Assembly (NCBI RefSeq): GCF_006345805.1
Contig: NC_042997.1
Location: 114,018,001-114,082,000 of the forward strand
Direction of reading: 5' to 3'
DNA from: Octopus sinensis
Lineage: Eukaryota
DNA length: 64,000 nt
The notes below the pieces were generated by a model, which saw only the letters and a list, made by a program, of their open reading frames with translations, did no database searches and had not been told where the DNA came from. Below are positions 47,481-61,526 of the stretch, one piece after another; the stretch's first letter is position 1, and every line of letters begins with the position of its first letter. The position numbers were made by a program, and so were the translations under genes.

Positions 47481-48535
47481 TGGCTACCTCCTTGTTATCG
47501 AGTATGGCCATTGCACGAAGCTTAACTGTTACTGATGCTGTGATCGAATGTGACTTTTTAGCCCAGCTAAAGATCTACAATGTCTTGTACAGAATTGGCA
47601 GCTAAAACTTTTACCAGTAATAGCCGGCTGTAGTTGTAACTGGGCTTCATGTACCTTTGCATGTTGTTTAAGTCCTCTTGCCAAATTACACTCTCTTCCA
47701 CATGCCTGACAGATATGACTAGTATGGTGTGTTACACCACCACCAGTGGCCAGGTTGTCACTCATCTGTCTCGCTTTATGACTACGAAGATGATTCTTGC
47801 GTCCAGCTTTAGTGAGGCAGGGTCTTGCACAGACACTGCATGTCAGCATCATAGGAAGACCCTTCCCATCTGGAGGTGTAACAGCGATGCCCTTCCTGAC
47901 ATCCCTCCTCACTTTCTCATGCGCAACTCGAGATTTCTCAAAAGTAGCCGTCCCCTCATGCACAATCCTTCTCCACCTGCTATGATCAATAGCTATGCCC
48001 TCCCATGTGTCAGGAGAGATACAAGCATCTCCTAAGGAAGCCCTCAGCAAGTCCTTATACCTTTTTTTTGGTTTATGCGGAGGTCGTTCTCCTTTAGCTA
48101 ACTCTCCATAAAAGAGTTATTTTGGCATTCTTGAATCCTTCATCCTGACCAGATGACCACTCCATCTGAGCATTTCCTTTAACACAAGAGCTTCTATACT
48201 TTCACACCGAGAGCCTTCCAATATTTCAAGATCACTGATGCAGTCCTTCCACTTAATGCTATAGATCCGTCTGAGACACATCTGATGGAAACGTTCCAGT
48301 TGTTTAAGGTGGTATCGATATGTGACCCACGTCTTGCAGGCATAGAGAAGAGAAGGGAGCACACATGCCTTGTACACCTTTATCTTTGTCTTCCTGCATA
48401 TGTCTTGCCGACTCCAGAGGCTCCTTTCTAGCCTTCCAAAAGCAACACTTGCTTTCCTAATTTTACATGGAATTTCATCATCCAAATTGCTATATCTATT
48501 AATAGTGCTTTCCTTCACAACCTTGCTTCCAAGTG
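47480..48535 (-). mobile_element. 5'-truncated RTE-clade LINE (post-RT region plus three C2H2 zinc fingers)
   Basis: ORFs 48117-48548 and 47529-48050 are in the same frame, separated by one stop (PK*LFYGEL). Motifs: KTKIKVYKACVLPSLLYAC.TW, LERFHQMCLRRI, LRWSGHLVRM...R.PK. The 3' end runs into (TATG)n. Confidence 0.9.
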
Positions 48536-49782
48536 GGTGGCTGGTCAAAATTTATTCTAAATTAAAAAGAGAAAGAGAACAACATTCATGATGATAATGA
48601 TCACAATGCTGCTGTTGGTGATGATGATGGCTGTCCACTCCTGACTGAGGAAGACCATCACTGAGTGTTGCCCATACAAAATGCCAGCAACACCCATGCA
48701 TGAAGTTAACATGCCAAATAGTAGGCTTCACCCGCTTTTGCACCCACCGCTTCCCTGCTCACCCTGGCACCCTTCTACTCAAGTAGGCATTGCTGGTGAT
48801 TTCACAACCTGAAATTTTAGATCAAGTAAGGCTTGCACAGCCCCTCACAAAATTCCCTATGCCATTCCCTGCATATCTGGTTACATATCAGAGTGACCTC
48901 AGAAGTGATGACACATACATAAATACAAACATGCATACATACATACACACATACATACATACATGCATACATGCATATATACATACCTACCTACCTACCT
49001 ACCTACCTACCAACATGCATGTGTGTGTGTGTGTTTATTCCCCAGCCACTTAGTTTTTTACATCTGTGTAACCTAGCAGTTCAGTAGAAGTGACTGATGG
49101 TCAATCCATTTGACTAAACACTTCAAGGTCGTGCGCCCAGCACAGCTGCAGTCTTATGACTGAAACAAGCCAGCAAGAGTGTATATTTATGTGCATCCAC
49201 TTCAGGTTTTGGTATTGGGTGAGTAAGTATAGAATGTTGCAGTAGTTTTAGTTATTCTTGGTTTTATTGAATTTAATTCTTTGCTTTGACAATGAAAAGG
49301 TTAAAGGTTCAAAGTTTAGTCCAGTATTTAAAACCTAGTAATCATCAACTTTTTTGCGATGGAATATTTTAAGGGTTCACAAAATAATGTAAGTAAGTAG
49401 TATATTCTAGCTGGTCAGTTTCTTTATTCGTTGTTATCATTATATATACCTAAATATGTACGCCTGCTTGCAAAGTTCTACATGCATGATATATTTGAAA
49501 CAATAACATAACTCCAAATTTAATGAATAAAAATTTCTCCAAAACACTCCTCCATAACAACTCACCCCAAAACTTAATTACCACCCCTACCACTTTACTC
49601 AAAGTGACACACCCAAGGAAGATTTTAACTCAACAGAGACTATACAAAGCCACGATTAACTTGAATGCCTCACAGTCACATGATGGCTCAGATGGCCAAA
49701 ACTTCAAAGTCACTGTCAAGAATGTTATTCCTTAAGAATAATATATATGTGTATGTGTGTGTGTGGTGTGTGTGTGTGTGTG

Positions 49783-49816
<34 letters not shown>

Positions 49817-50301
49817 ATGTGTGTGTGTATGTATGTGTATATATGTATATATATATATAGTAATTTTTACAAGGAAAACTTGACAGTAACTTTGAAGTGT
49901 CTGCTTACATGTTGAAACTTCGAAGTCACTGACAACTGTTTCCTTGGAAAGATTACTAAATAAGGGAACTCTATGAAAATGTATTGAGTAACCTTTCAAA
50001 CTAATAAGTCAACAGTTTGTATAAATAACTTTGCATAAAAACAAACATTATATACATATATATATATATATATTTTTATATATATACATCATTCGCCATG
50101 ATTGATCGCTAGCCACTAAACCATTTTATTTTCTCTCTCTGTTTATTTTCTCGTGTTCCTTTCTGTTGAAGAGTGTAGGCTCGAAACGTAAAAGACTTTC
50201 TCACTTCCTGTGCATTAAACTAATATATCCGTTTGTTATTTATGCACATGTCTTCGTCTTTTGTTTTCTTTGTTTTTTTTGTAAATTCCAACTATACATA
50301 C

Positions 50302-50386
<85 letters not shown>

Positions 50387-52559
50387 TATACACATATATA
50401 TCATCATTATTTAATGTCTGTTGTCCATGCTGGCATGGGTTGAATGATTTGACTGGGCTGGCATGCTGGAAGGCTGCACCAGACTCCATTCTGATTTGGC
50501 ATTGTTTTCTATGGCTGGATGCCAGTCACTCCATGAGTGTAATGGGTATTTTTACATGCCACCAGCATGGATGCCATTTGCATGGCACAGGTATCTTCCA
50601 CAACTGCAATTTTGCTCGGTTTGATGGGTCTTCTTCTCAAACATGACAAAATACCAAAGGTCTCGGTCATTGCCTCTGTGAGGCCCAACACTCGAAAAGA
50701 GCTCAGTCACTTTGCCTCTGTGAGGCCCAATGCTCAAAAGGAATTCAGCCAGCTTGCCTTCATGCGGCCCAATATATATACATATATAAGGTCATAAATG
50801 GTAGAGGCGCAATGGCCCAGTGGTTAGGGCAGCTGACTCGCGATCGTAGGATCGCAGTTTCGATTCCCAGAGCGGGCATTGTGAGTGTTTATTGAGTGAA
50901 AACATCTAAAGCTCCACATGGCTCTGGCAGGGGGTGGCAGCGATCCCTGCTGTACTCTTTCGCCACAACTTTCTCTCACTCCTTCTTCTGTTGTCCTGCT
51001 CTCTTAGCCAGTGGGGTGGCGTCATTTGAAGGCTAAAACAATGCGAAGCGCATTGTGACCAGCGATGTGTAGTAACATCTGATAGCCTGGTCAGTCATGT
51101 GATCATGTGATAAAGTCATAAATGACAGAGAAATATTTTGACAAACTTTTATTAAATGATTTAAGTTACGAAGCAATTTGTCGTGATTATAGTGTTTTTC
51201 TAATTGTTAAATAAAAGTTAATCAAAATATTTCTCTATCATTTATGCCTTTATAAACTCCTTATCCTTTTCTCTTGTATATTGCTACATTTTCTATATGG
51301 TTTGGATAATGATATATTAAGGAACATTTTTTATGAGTACCACCGGATTACCTGAATTGATATATTGTGACTTAAATATGAAATGTGTGTGTGTGTGTGA
51401 GTGTGCAGCCTTCTGGCTCACCAGTCCTCAGTCAAACCGTCCAACCCATGCCAGCATGGAAAGCGGACATTATGATGATGATGATGTGTATATATACACA
51501 CACACACATAAACACTCACATGCATACATGTGTGCATATATGTATGTATCTCTTTCTCTATTTATCTGTCTATCTGTATATATATATATACACATATATA
51601 CATATATATACACGCACACATACATACAGTCATGTACATATATATATTATGTAATGTTTGTTTTAAGCATATATGTGTATGTGTGTGTAAATATATATTT
51701 ATATATGTGTCTTTGTGTGTGTGTGTGCACGTGTGGTTATTAGCAAGGGAGAAAAGGCTAGACAGACAGCTTGAGATAGACAGAGGCAGAAGGATATAAA
51801 TATAAACTCAACTACAAACAGGGAGGGAAACAGCAGGGGATGGGGGCAGGGAACAGCCAAAACGGGGTGGAATGAGTCATGCAGTATGGAAAAGTTTCTG
51901 GAAAACCAAAATTTATCCAGTTTTTTTTTCTTTTTCCCTTTTTCTTTTCTTTTTCTTTTTTTTAGCAGAGAAGCTACTAGTCAAGAATTGTTATTACAAT
52001 CTATCTATGGTTCCCAAATAACCAAAAGCATGGTTCCCTTCAGTACGGAGACACAGTGTGAAGCGAAGAAACCTCCCACACTTTGCAGGTTGCCCAAAGT
52101 TTCAGTATTGTTCATCTGTTGAACATCTGCGTTCCATGCTGGCATGGGTTGGATGGCTTGACTGAAAACTGGTAAGAGGGGTGGGTGGGGGCTGCACAAG
52201 GTTCCGATCTGATTTGGCAAGGTTTCTATGGCTTTATGCCCTTCCTAATGCCAACCACTCCAAAAGTTCCTTTGGGTGCTCTTCACGTTCCACTGACCTG
52301 ACACCGGCATCGGTCACAACTACAGTCTCACTTGGCTTGACAGGTCTACACAAGCACGGTGTATCGCCAAGGGTCTTGGTCACCTGTCACTGCTTCCATG
52401 AGGCCCAACACTTGAATGGTGCTTTTTACATGCCACTGGCAAAGGTACCACTGACCTGACACCAGCATCGGTCATGACTACAGTCTCACTTGGCTTGACA
52501 GGTCTACACAAGTATGGTGTATTACCAAGGGTCTTCCTCTCTCTTATTTAAAGAATAGT

Positions 52560-52655
52560 AGCAGTGGTGGTGGTAGTGATGGTGGTGGTGGTGGTGGTGG
52601 TGGTGGTGGTGGTGGTGGTGGTGGTGGTGGTGGTGGTGGTAGTAGTAGTAGTAGT
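52560..52655. repeat. (GGT)n/(AGT)n microsatellite
   Basis: Directly visible. Confidence 0.92.
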
Positions 52656-53316
52656 AGCCACAACAGCAACAGTAGAATGAAGACATGTGGCCTAGTGGTT
52701 AGGGCGATTGGCTCATAATCACAAAAAGGCTGTGGGTTCACTTCCTAGATTGGGTGCTGTGTTTTTGTTCTTGAACAACCGACTACTGGGGGGGGGGGGG
52801 GCTCTCTCCCTCCAGCCATCACATCCTGAACAATGTTCCACTTGGTCATGGGTGAGTTGGCCAAGAGATGGTGGAGGTTTTATATCTCCATGCAACAATA
52901 GAGACCCATAAATCAATTGACAAATACATATTAGGTAGTAGGGCTCCGAAAGGGGTCTCAGGGAGTAGCATCCCTGCCTTCCTGAGCTAGTTTTCCACTA
53001 CATTTCTTAAAAATTGTGGTAGAGGCCTTGGTCTTGGGACCACTCATGTCTAGAAACTGCGGTTGGGGGTAAGCAAGGGCATGCTCCCCATAGAAAATCC
53101 AGCTCCAAAAAAGCCTCATGACAGCAAAGGAGAATGGGCATGAGCCAGCCCAAAGGTTGGGGTGGACTGCACCTGCCTATATTGGTTGCTATGGCATTAA
53201 GGTAGATCCAACCACCCCCATTAACGGGGACAAAATCCAGATTTAAAACACTGGATGATGATGATGATAAGTTACCAAAGCTATATTCAATCATGAATGA
53301 CAGCTAGCTGTACTGT

Positions 53317-53351
<35 letters not shown>

Positions 53352-54924
53352 GAGGAGGAGGAACAGCAGCAGCAGCAGTGAGGCTGGAATGAAACAGATG
53401 CCACCATAGCAGGTATCATCATTGCCCTCCTGTGGGTAGATAAAAGTTTAAAGTTACCAAATTAAGACACGATTATCAGCTTTTTGTTGTGTCCCTTGCT
53501 ATCTGATAGGACCCAACTTTTATTATCTAATATATCAATTATCCTGGATGCAAATAACATTTAGGCAATGAACTACACTAACACATATAAGATTTCGCAA
53601 TGTTTCTGTTCAGTTTGAAACTGTATAGGCCATTGATACCCAGACTATGGGATGTGACCCAAATTGGGTCACAGCATAAATTCTGAAAGGGCCAAAAAGG
53701 AAAAAAAAAATCTTTTGCTTTAGAAATATTTTTTTATTTGGAAGAAAAAGCAGTACTCGTGACCCTGTTGCTTGGGTGTTTGCTGGCTGTGAGGGTCATT
53801 GGTTGAGTTGACAAATGAAAAATTTTTCGTGGGCTGTGTGAAGGAGTCACTGAATGACACCCACGGACACTTAATAGAAGATTTTATTATTGCATCAAGT
53901 CAAACTGTGCTGGTCTTTTACAAATATCATCATCATCATCGTTTTACATCCGCTTTCCATGCTGGCATGAGTTGACCAGTTTGACTGAGGACTGGTGAGC
54001 CAGAGGCTGCACCAGGCTCAATCTGATCTGGCAAAGTTTCTACAGCTGGATGTCCTTCCTAATGCCAACCACTCTGTGAGTGTAGTGGGTGCTTTTACGT
54101 GCCACCGGCATGAGGGCCAGTCCAGTGGCACTGGCAACAACCACACTCAAATGTTGTTTTTCACGTACCACCAGCACATGTGCCAGTAAAGTGATGTTGG
54201 CAATGATCACACTCGAATGGTGCTTTTCATGTGTCACCAGCATGTGTCACCCTGGCAACAATCATGCTCGGATGTGCTTTTAACGCTCCACTGGCCCAAT
54301 AGCCAATCAGGCGGTACTGTCATTGGCCACATCAGTGATTTTGATTTGTTTACACTTGCCTCAATTGGTCTTCGCAAGCAAAGTTCATTGTCCAATGAAT
54401 GAGGGGTGCTCATAAGTGGGGTGGTTACAACCCCACATTTGGATATGCTTTAAACGTTCCACTGGCATGAGTGCCAAATTATTACATGCTTGGTATGAGA
54501 TACTGCTTGGAGTTTGTGGCAAGCTATTGAAATGGCGACATGCAGCTTGCCCAACATAACTGGAAACAACTGTGCTATATTTGTGATGATGGAGGGTCCT
54601 GGACAAGTGTCTGAGACATATGCATGGGCTGTCTGGTGTGGCAAGAAAAGAGGTACATTTCACTTGGCAGCTTCAACATTCCACAATTAATTACTGCCGA
54701 AAGAAGATTCCAGACGATTGAATCATGCAATGGCTTCACACTGATTGCTTGCTAAATAGACCAATCATGTGAAACGGTCATGATGTCTGATCAGTTATCC
54801 AGGGATTCAGCTTCAGGTCCCTGCTACAACCCTTAACAGGGCCTCTGAAAATGGTGGAAGGATAGGAGGAGGTTATTCTCAAATGAAAGACTTAGTTTAA
54901 AAGCTTGCAGCTGAATGAACTCAG

Positions 54925-55604
54925 GTCTGTATTGCAAAACTGATGGAATCGTGTGTCAGAGAAACACTCTGGAACTTCTGGAGCTCTCACAGTCTCATCC
55001 GACCCTCACAATATGGATTTGTCCCTAACTCCAGCTGCAGTGACCAGCTTGTCGAGTTCCTTGAGGACATTACTCAGATTACTGACAGTGGCTCATGGGT
55101 GGATGTTGTCTACCTTGACTTTGCTAAGGCTTTCAACTCTGTGCCACACCAAAGGCTTATGGTGAAACTCTCTGCAATGGGTGTGGGGGATGACCTTTTT
55201 AACTGGTTGAAATCCTTCATCCTCAGCCGAAAGGAGGTAGTCACAGTTCTAGGACAGCACTCTACACCATATGAGATGTCATCGGGTGTACCACAGGGAT
55301 CTGTCCTTGGTCCCCTCTTGTTTGTGGCATACATTAACGACATAGATGCCAATTTAAAGAATGCCACAGTATTGAAATATGCAGACGACATCAAGCTGTA
55401 CCTTGAAATCAAGAGGACAGATCCTGATGTCTACAACTCTTTCCTGCAATCAGACCTAGACACAATGCAGCAATGGATCACAGACTGGCAACTGAAACTG
55501 GCTGTGGACAAGTGTACCACCATGCATTTTGGGAGAAAAAACCCTGCGTTCACTTACTCCCTCCACAACACTGATATCAAGAAATCCTCTTGCGAGCGTG
55601 ACCT
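54925..55604 (+). mobile_element. CR1-clade LINE reverse transcriptase fragment (5' part)
   Basis: QYGF, VDVVYLDFAKAFNSVPH, SGVPQGSVLGPLLF, KYADDIKLY motifs; homology stops at HNTDIKKSSCERDL. Confidence 0.92.
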
Positions 55605-56069
55605 TACCACACAGCCACTCCTACGCCTTAGGAGTTTAATATTAATATTAAATTCATCATCATCTGCTGTTATTGCTTAGTTCCAAACAAACTCATGCTT
55701 CAAAGTGTTCTAGCCATGATCATCACCCATGAATATTTTATTTAAAGTATTTCTTTGTAAGACAGTAAGGGTGAGATGTCAGAAAGATTTGGCTGCTACT
55801 TCTAGCACACTGAGAGACCCCAGAAGCTTCCTCATTGACTCACATGAGCAAATGTTTTCTGGTCTGGTTGCTCTTATTGATAACAGCCACTCAACCATCA
55901 ATGGTAGTTTTTAAACAAAGGGAGCCAAATGTTGTTAGTCCTATGACTTATCTACAGTATTAGATGGACAAGATGGCTCTACAGCAGCTATTTCCTACCT
56001 TTTGCATTGCAACCTATTTTAGTAACTTAATAATCCAGCATGACTCTTTGCTTTTGTTTTTTTCTGGAT

Positions 56070-56345
56070 ATGGAAATCATCATCATCATCATCGTTGTCG
56101 TCATCGTCACCACCACCACAATCATCATCCTCATCATCATCGTTGTCATCGTCGTCACCACCACCACCACAATCATCATCCTCATCATCATCATCATCGT
56201 CGTCGTCGTCATCGTCACCACCACCACCACCACTACCACCACCACAATCACCATCGGCGGCGGTGGCGTCACCACTACCTACAACACCACCACCACAATC
56301 ACCATCATTATCATCATCATCATCATCATCACCATCATCATCATT
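56070..56345. repeat. Degenerate (CAT/CAC/CGT)n triplet repeat (SINE tail expansion)
   Basis: Directly visible; similar tracts at ~61272-61527 and ~62190-62440. Confidence 0.9.
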
Positions 56346-57781
56346 TAACATCCATTTTCCATGCTGGTATGGGTCAGACAGTTTGACAGGAGCTGGCAAG
56401 CCAGAGGACTGCACCAGACTCCAATTGTCTTTTTTGGGGATGGTTTCTACAGCTGGATGCCATTCCTAATGCTAACCGCTTTACAGAGCATACTGGGTGC
56501 TTGCTTACCTGACACCAGCATGGATGATTTATACGTGGCACCAGCACTGGTGCTTTTAATTTAACCCAAATTAAATGAAATCAACAGTTGATGGTTTTCT
56601 TGGGGAAATATTCAGATTTTTTCACAGTAAATGTTGTTCCATAACCACCCACCACCCACCTATGCCTATAACTTTATTGTCACTGACTTACAAGCTGTCT
56701 GACTTATGACAGATTGAAAAATGTTTCCAAAAGTCAAGGATATGGCTCAGTTTTTATTTGATTTATAAACATGTCTACAGTTGGAAGAGACATTGAACTG
56801 AAACAAGTTGTGAAAGTTGTTGTTAGAAAGATGGCGGATAATCTTGTGAGTTTCTTTCAAGTCAGTTCTTAGATATCAAAACTTTAATAATTAAATGATT
56901 ATTCAACAAAGAAAGCAAACAAAATATTTTTTTATACTAGTTGAATCAAGATTCAATGTCACTGATATAAATGTGAGTGTTTTAAACAAAAACCAAAGAT
57001 AATTAAGATTTAAGTAGTAAAACCATTGTTTCAACTGAAGCAGAGATGAATCTGTCGTCTGGTTATGAATGAAAACCAAAGTATTGATTTAAATAGTCAA
57101 AATATTAATTATTATGTATCTGTCAAATAAACTGTTAAATTATGACTATCTGTAATTTATTTTAAAACTAAAATAATAATTTGATGTTAAGATTAATATT
57201 ATTAATTAAACAGTAAAAAGATGGAAAAGAAAACGTATTTTGTAAAACGTACTTTGTAATAACCATGAAGAATAATTTTCAGTAAATAAATCATTGAAAA
57301 TAATTCTTTTTCAGTAAATAAAATTAAATGAATAAATGAATTAATAGAAAATAAAACATAAATAATACTATAAAATATATTTATAATGAAACAGTGTTCT
57401 ACGAGTCATCAGAAAAGGTTAAAAGAAGGGAGAGAAAGCAGACATAGAAGTAAAGAAAGGGATCAATGAAAGCTAAGAAATACATACACAATACATGGAC
57501 TAAAACAGAAAAAGATAGAAGAATGAACTTTAAAGGAACCATAAAGAAGAAAGGGTGGAGAGGCAGGTCAGGAAAAATGTTGGCAAATTTCAGGAAGCAT
57601 GGAATTTTTTGAAGAATGTCCTGACAGTTAACAATTGATGTTGTTGCCCAAAGAAACAATACATTCAGGATATAATGACTAACAGAGAGTATTTATGTTG
57701 CAATTTAAAAATTCATAAAGAATTTATGTCATGGATGATAGACTTAATCAATTTCCTAGTTTGACACCCTGCACAGTACCT

Positions 57782-57783
<2 letters not shown>

Positions 57784-57813
<30 letters not shown>

Positions 57814-58486
57814 TGTGTACAGTGCTCAGGTGCACTACAACTCATCTAAAGTGTATATATAATCAGGTGTAGTTTCGGCGGATTTCGGAAAGCATGAGGG
57901 CCTTAAAAGATGCAGTGTCATGGCAGTCAACAACTGACGCAGGCAGTTTATTCCATGCTTCAGCAACTCTGAGCGTGAAAAAATGTTTCCGAAAGTCATG
58001 GGAGCTGTATTGTTTTCTGACTTTGTAGGCATGTCCACGTGTGTTAGACACATGGAGATCAAAAAGGTGTTCAGTGTTGTTGTTGGTGAGGTGGTTGATA
58101 ACTTTGTGGGTGTTTACCAAGTCCGTCGCCAAACGCCGGAGCTTCAGTGAATCCATGCCCAGGGAAACAAGGCGCTCAGAATATGGTAGGTGTCTGATGG
58201 AGGGTATGCGTTTGGTTGCACGTCTCTGGACAGATTCCAGGAGGTCAATGTTCTGTGCAAGATAGGGGTTCCAAACTGATGATGCGAATTCCAAGTGTGG
58301 TCGTACCATAGCTGTATACAGTTTTAAATAGATGGCTGGAGAGCGGCTAACAAAAGACCTGCTGAGTGATGCCAAGACACCCTCGGCCTTCCTGACAATC
58401 TTAGAGATATGCTTTGACCAACGCAAATCACTGCTGACAGTGATGCCTAGGTCACGCTCGCAAGAGGATTTCTTGATATCAGTGTT
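57784..58486 (-). mobile_element. CR1-clade LINE 3' fragment with (TTA)n tail
   Basis: Begins NTDIKKSSCERDLGITVSSDL.W; continues LYTAMVRPHLEFASSVWNPY, LESVQRRATK, NTRGH, FF..RV..AWNKLP, stop, short 3'UTR and tail. Confidence 0.92.
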
Positions 58487-59860
58487 ATATATATATAACA
58501 TCATCATCATCATCGTTATCTTTCCTTTTACACAGTCCCAGACTGGGCTGTGTATCATGTTCTTGAGACAGATGGCACAGTGTGTCCTTGAGCAAGGCAC
58601 TTCATTTCCCATTGCTGAAGTGCACTCAGCTGAAAAAGAGTACCGGTGGCATATTGGGGTAGGGGTTAAACCTGCAATGAACTGGTTTTCCTTTCAGGGG
58701 TGAGCATTGTATTTTCAGCCTCAATGCCTTGTAAACCCCAATTATCTCTGGGTTTATGAGACTGCAAACTCAAAGTAAACTTTTAAGATGGGAATTCAGG
58801 TAGATTTTGCTGCTATTTCTAGCATGGCCAAGTGACTTACATGAATTCAGGTTCAATCCCTGGTTGTAACATTTAGATAAATCTCTTCTCCTATAGTTCC
58901 GGGTTGTCCAAACCCTTGTGAATGAAGTTTAATAGACAGAAGCTGTGAGGAAGTCCATCAGAATGAGCATTGAAAACCCAGAGACAGCCTCCATCATTGA
59001 ACTGTGTGACTTAATGGAGATCCTGTTCACTCCTGTTTGATTTCAGTGATTATTTCAAGTTTTTCCTTGGACTTTGAGAAAGACACAGGAAACCACTTTA
59101 GTATGACTTCCCTCAATATATCCTCCACTCCTCCACTCAACAGGATCAAATTTCCCCTTTTACAAATTCAGCAGTGTAAAACAGCTGTATAAGTAAAATA
59201 GAGGATATATAATACAGTGGTGTATATAAGTAGTCAACGAAACAGTAGTATGCTTAAAACAGTTGTATATATAAAACAGTATGTGAAGGTACATGGCTCA
59301 GTGAATAGAGCGTTGGGCTCACAATTACGAGATATTGAGTTTGATTCCCAGACCGGGCTGTGTATAATGTTCTTGAGCTAGACACTTTATTTCATGTTGC
59401 TCTAGTTCACTCAGCTGTAGAAATGAATTACGACACCACTGGTGCCAAGTTGTATTGGCCCCTTTGCTTTTCCCTTGGATAACATTGGTGGCATGGAGAG
59501 GAGAGGCTGGTACACATGGGCAGCTGCTGGTCTTCCATAAAACAACCTTGCCTGGACCTTGCCTGGACTTGTGCCTTGGTGGGTAACTTTCTCATGGTCA
59601 TTCATGATTAAAAGGGGTCTTTACCTTTTATATAAAGCAGTAATATCTCTTTCTTTTTACTTGTTACAGTCATTAGACTGTGGCCATGCTGGAGCACAGC
59701 TTTGAATTTTTAGTCGAATAAATCGAACCCCAGTACTTATTTTTTAAGCCTGGTGCTTACTCTATTGGTCTCTTTTGCTGAACCACTCAGTTACAGGGAC
59801 ATAAACACACCAATACAAGTTGTCAAATGATGGTGGGGGAAACAAATACAGACACAAAGA

Positions 59861-59919
<59 letters not shown>

Positions 59920-60529
59920 ACACACGATGGGCTTCTTTCAGTTTCTGTCTGCCAAATTCACTCACAAGGGTTTGGTTGGCCCGAGGCTATAGCAGGTGCC
60001 ACACAGTGGAACTGAACCTGGAACCATGTAGTTGGGAAGCAAGCTTCTTAACACATAGCCACCCCTGCACCATCCACACAGCTACTCCTGTGCCATTATA
60101 TATATATATATTATACTTTTTACTCTTTTACTCTTTTACTTGTTACAGTCATTTGACTGTGGCCATGCTGGAGCACCTTTTAATTGAGCAAATCGACCCC
60201 AGGACTTATTCTTTGTAAGCCTAGTACTTATTCTATTGGTCTCTTTTGCTGAAGCGCTAAGTTACGGGATCATAAACACACCAGCATTGGTTGTCAAGTG
60301 ATGTTGGGTGGACAAACACAGACACACAAACATATACACACACATACATATATATATATACATATATACGACGGGCTTCTTTCAGTTTCTGTCTACCAAA
60401 TTCACTCACAAGGCTTTGGTCGGCCCGAGGCTATAGTAGAAGACGCTTGCCCAAGGTGCCACGACGTGGGACTGAACTCAGAACCATGTGGTTGGTAAGC
60501 AAGCTACTAACCACACAGCCACTCCTGTG

Positions 60530-60562
<33 letters not shown>

Positions 60563-61345
60563 CATCATCATCATCATCACTATTTAATGTACATTTTCAT
60601 GCTGGTATGGGTTGGACAAAACAGTGGTATATAAAACAGCAGAAAATTTTTTATCTTTTATTACTTTCTTTTTATTACTGTGGTCATGCTGGAGCATTGC
60701 CTTGAAAAATTTTAGTTGAATGAACTGATCCCAGTACTTTTCTTTTTATTTAAGCCATTTGCTAGACTTCTAAATTACAGGGATGTAAACACACCAACAC
60801 CAGTTGTTAAGTGGTGTGGGTGGAGTACAACACAGACATATGTCAAATAGTAAAAACACCAGCAACAAAATTGTTTGTGAGTGTTGTTGTTTAGTTTTAT
60901 GTCAGCCATGATTGAGTTATATTGTAGTGAAGAAGCATTCCAGTCGTCACCATCTTGCCTACTTTATATTTTCATATATAGTGTACCGGGGACTACATTA
61001 TCCAATGTGCACTCCTTTTAAGATACTAGGATGTTATGATTTGAGGAAGATACAGCTGCTATATATAGCGTTTTGAGCACTCTCCCCACCTCGCATCAAA
61101 GCTCCCTTGTTGGTTTGTGAAAGAAGTGTAGGTGTAGGAATTTCAGAGGTATCAAGAGAAATGAAAACGAAGAAGGATTGACTCAGCTGACTGAGGAGGG
61201 AATGGTATGTAATTGTATGGCGCTGAAACTGGGAAAGTCATCAGAAGGCTGTTACACATGGGAAGTCTTCTTCATCATCATCATCGCTGTTGTTCTTGTC
61301 ATCATAATCATCATCACCATCATCATCATCATCATCATAATCATC

Positions 61346-61376
<31 letters not shown>

Positions 61377-61490
61377 CCACCACCATCATTATCATCATCA
61401 CCACCATCATAATCATCGTGATTGTTGTCATCATTTTTGTCATTATAATCATGATTGTCGTTGTTATGATATTATCATCATTGTCTTCAC

Positions 61491-61526
<36 letters not shown>

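Noticed and set aside
54385-54700. Coding-like segment with short minus-strand ORFs
   Set aside because: Only a faint resemblance to a LINE C-terminus (RHFNSLP); too degenerate to call.
55964-56469. His-, Asp-, Ser- or Ile-rich ORFs (also 45588-46030, 52544-52741, 61178-61618, 62125-62488)
   Set aside because: Triplet microsatellites (CAT/CAC/GGT) attached to SINE tails; open in several frames with no splice or domain support.
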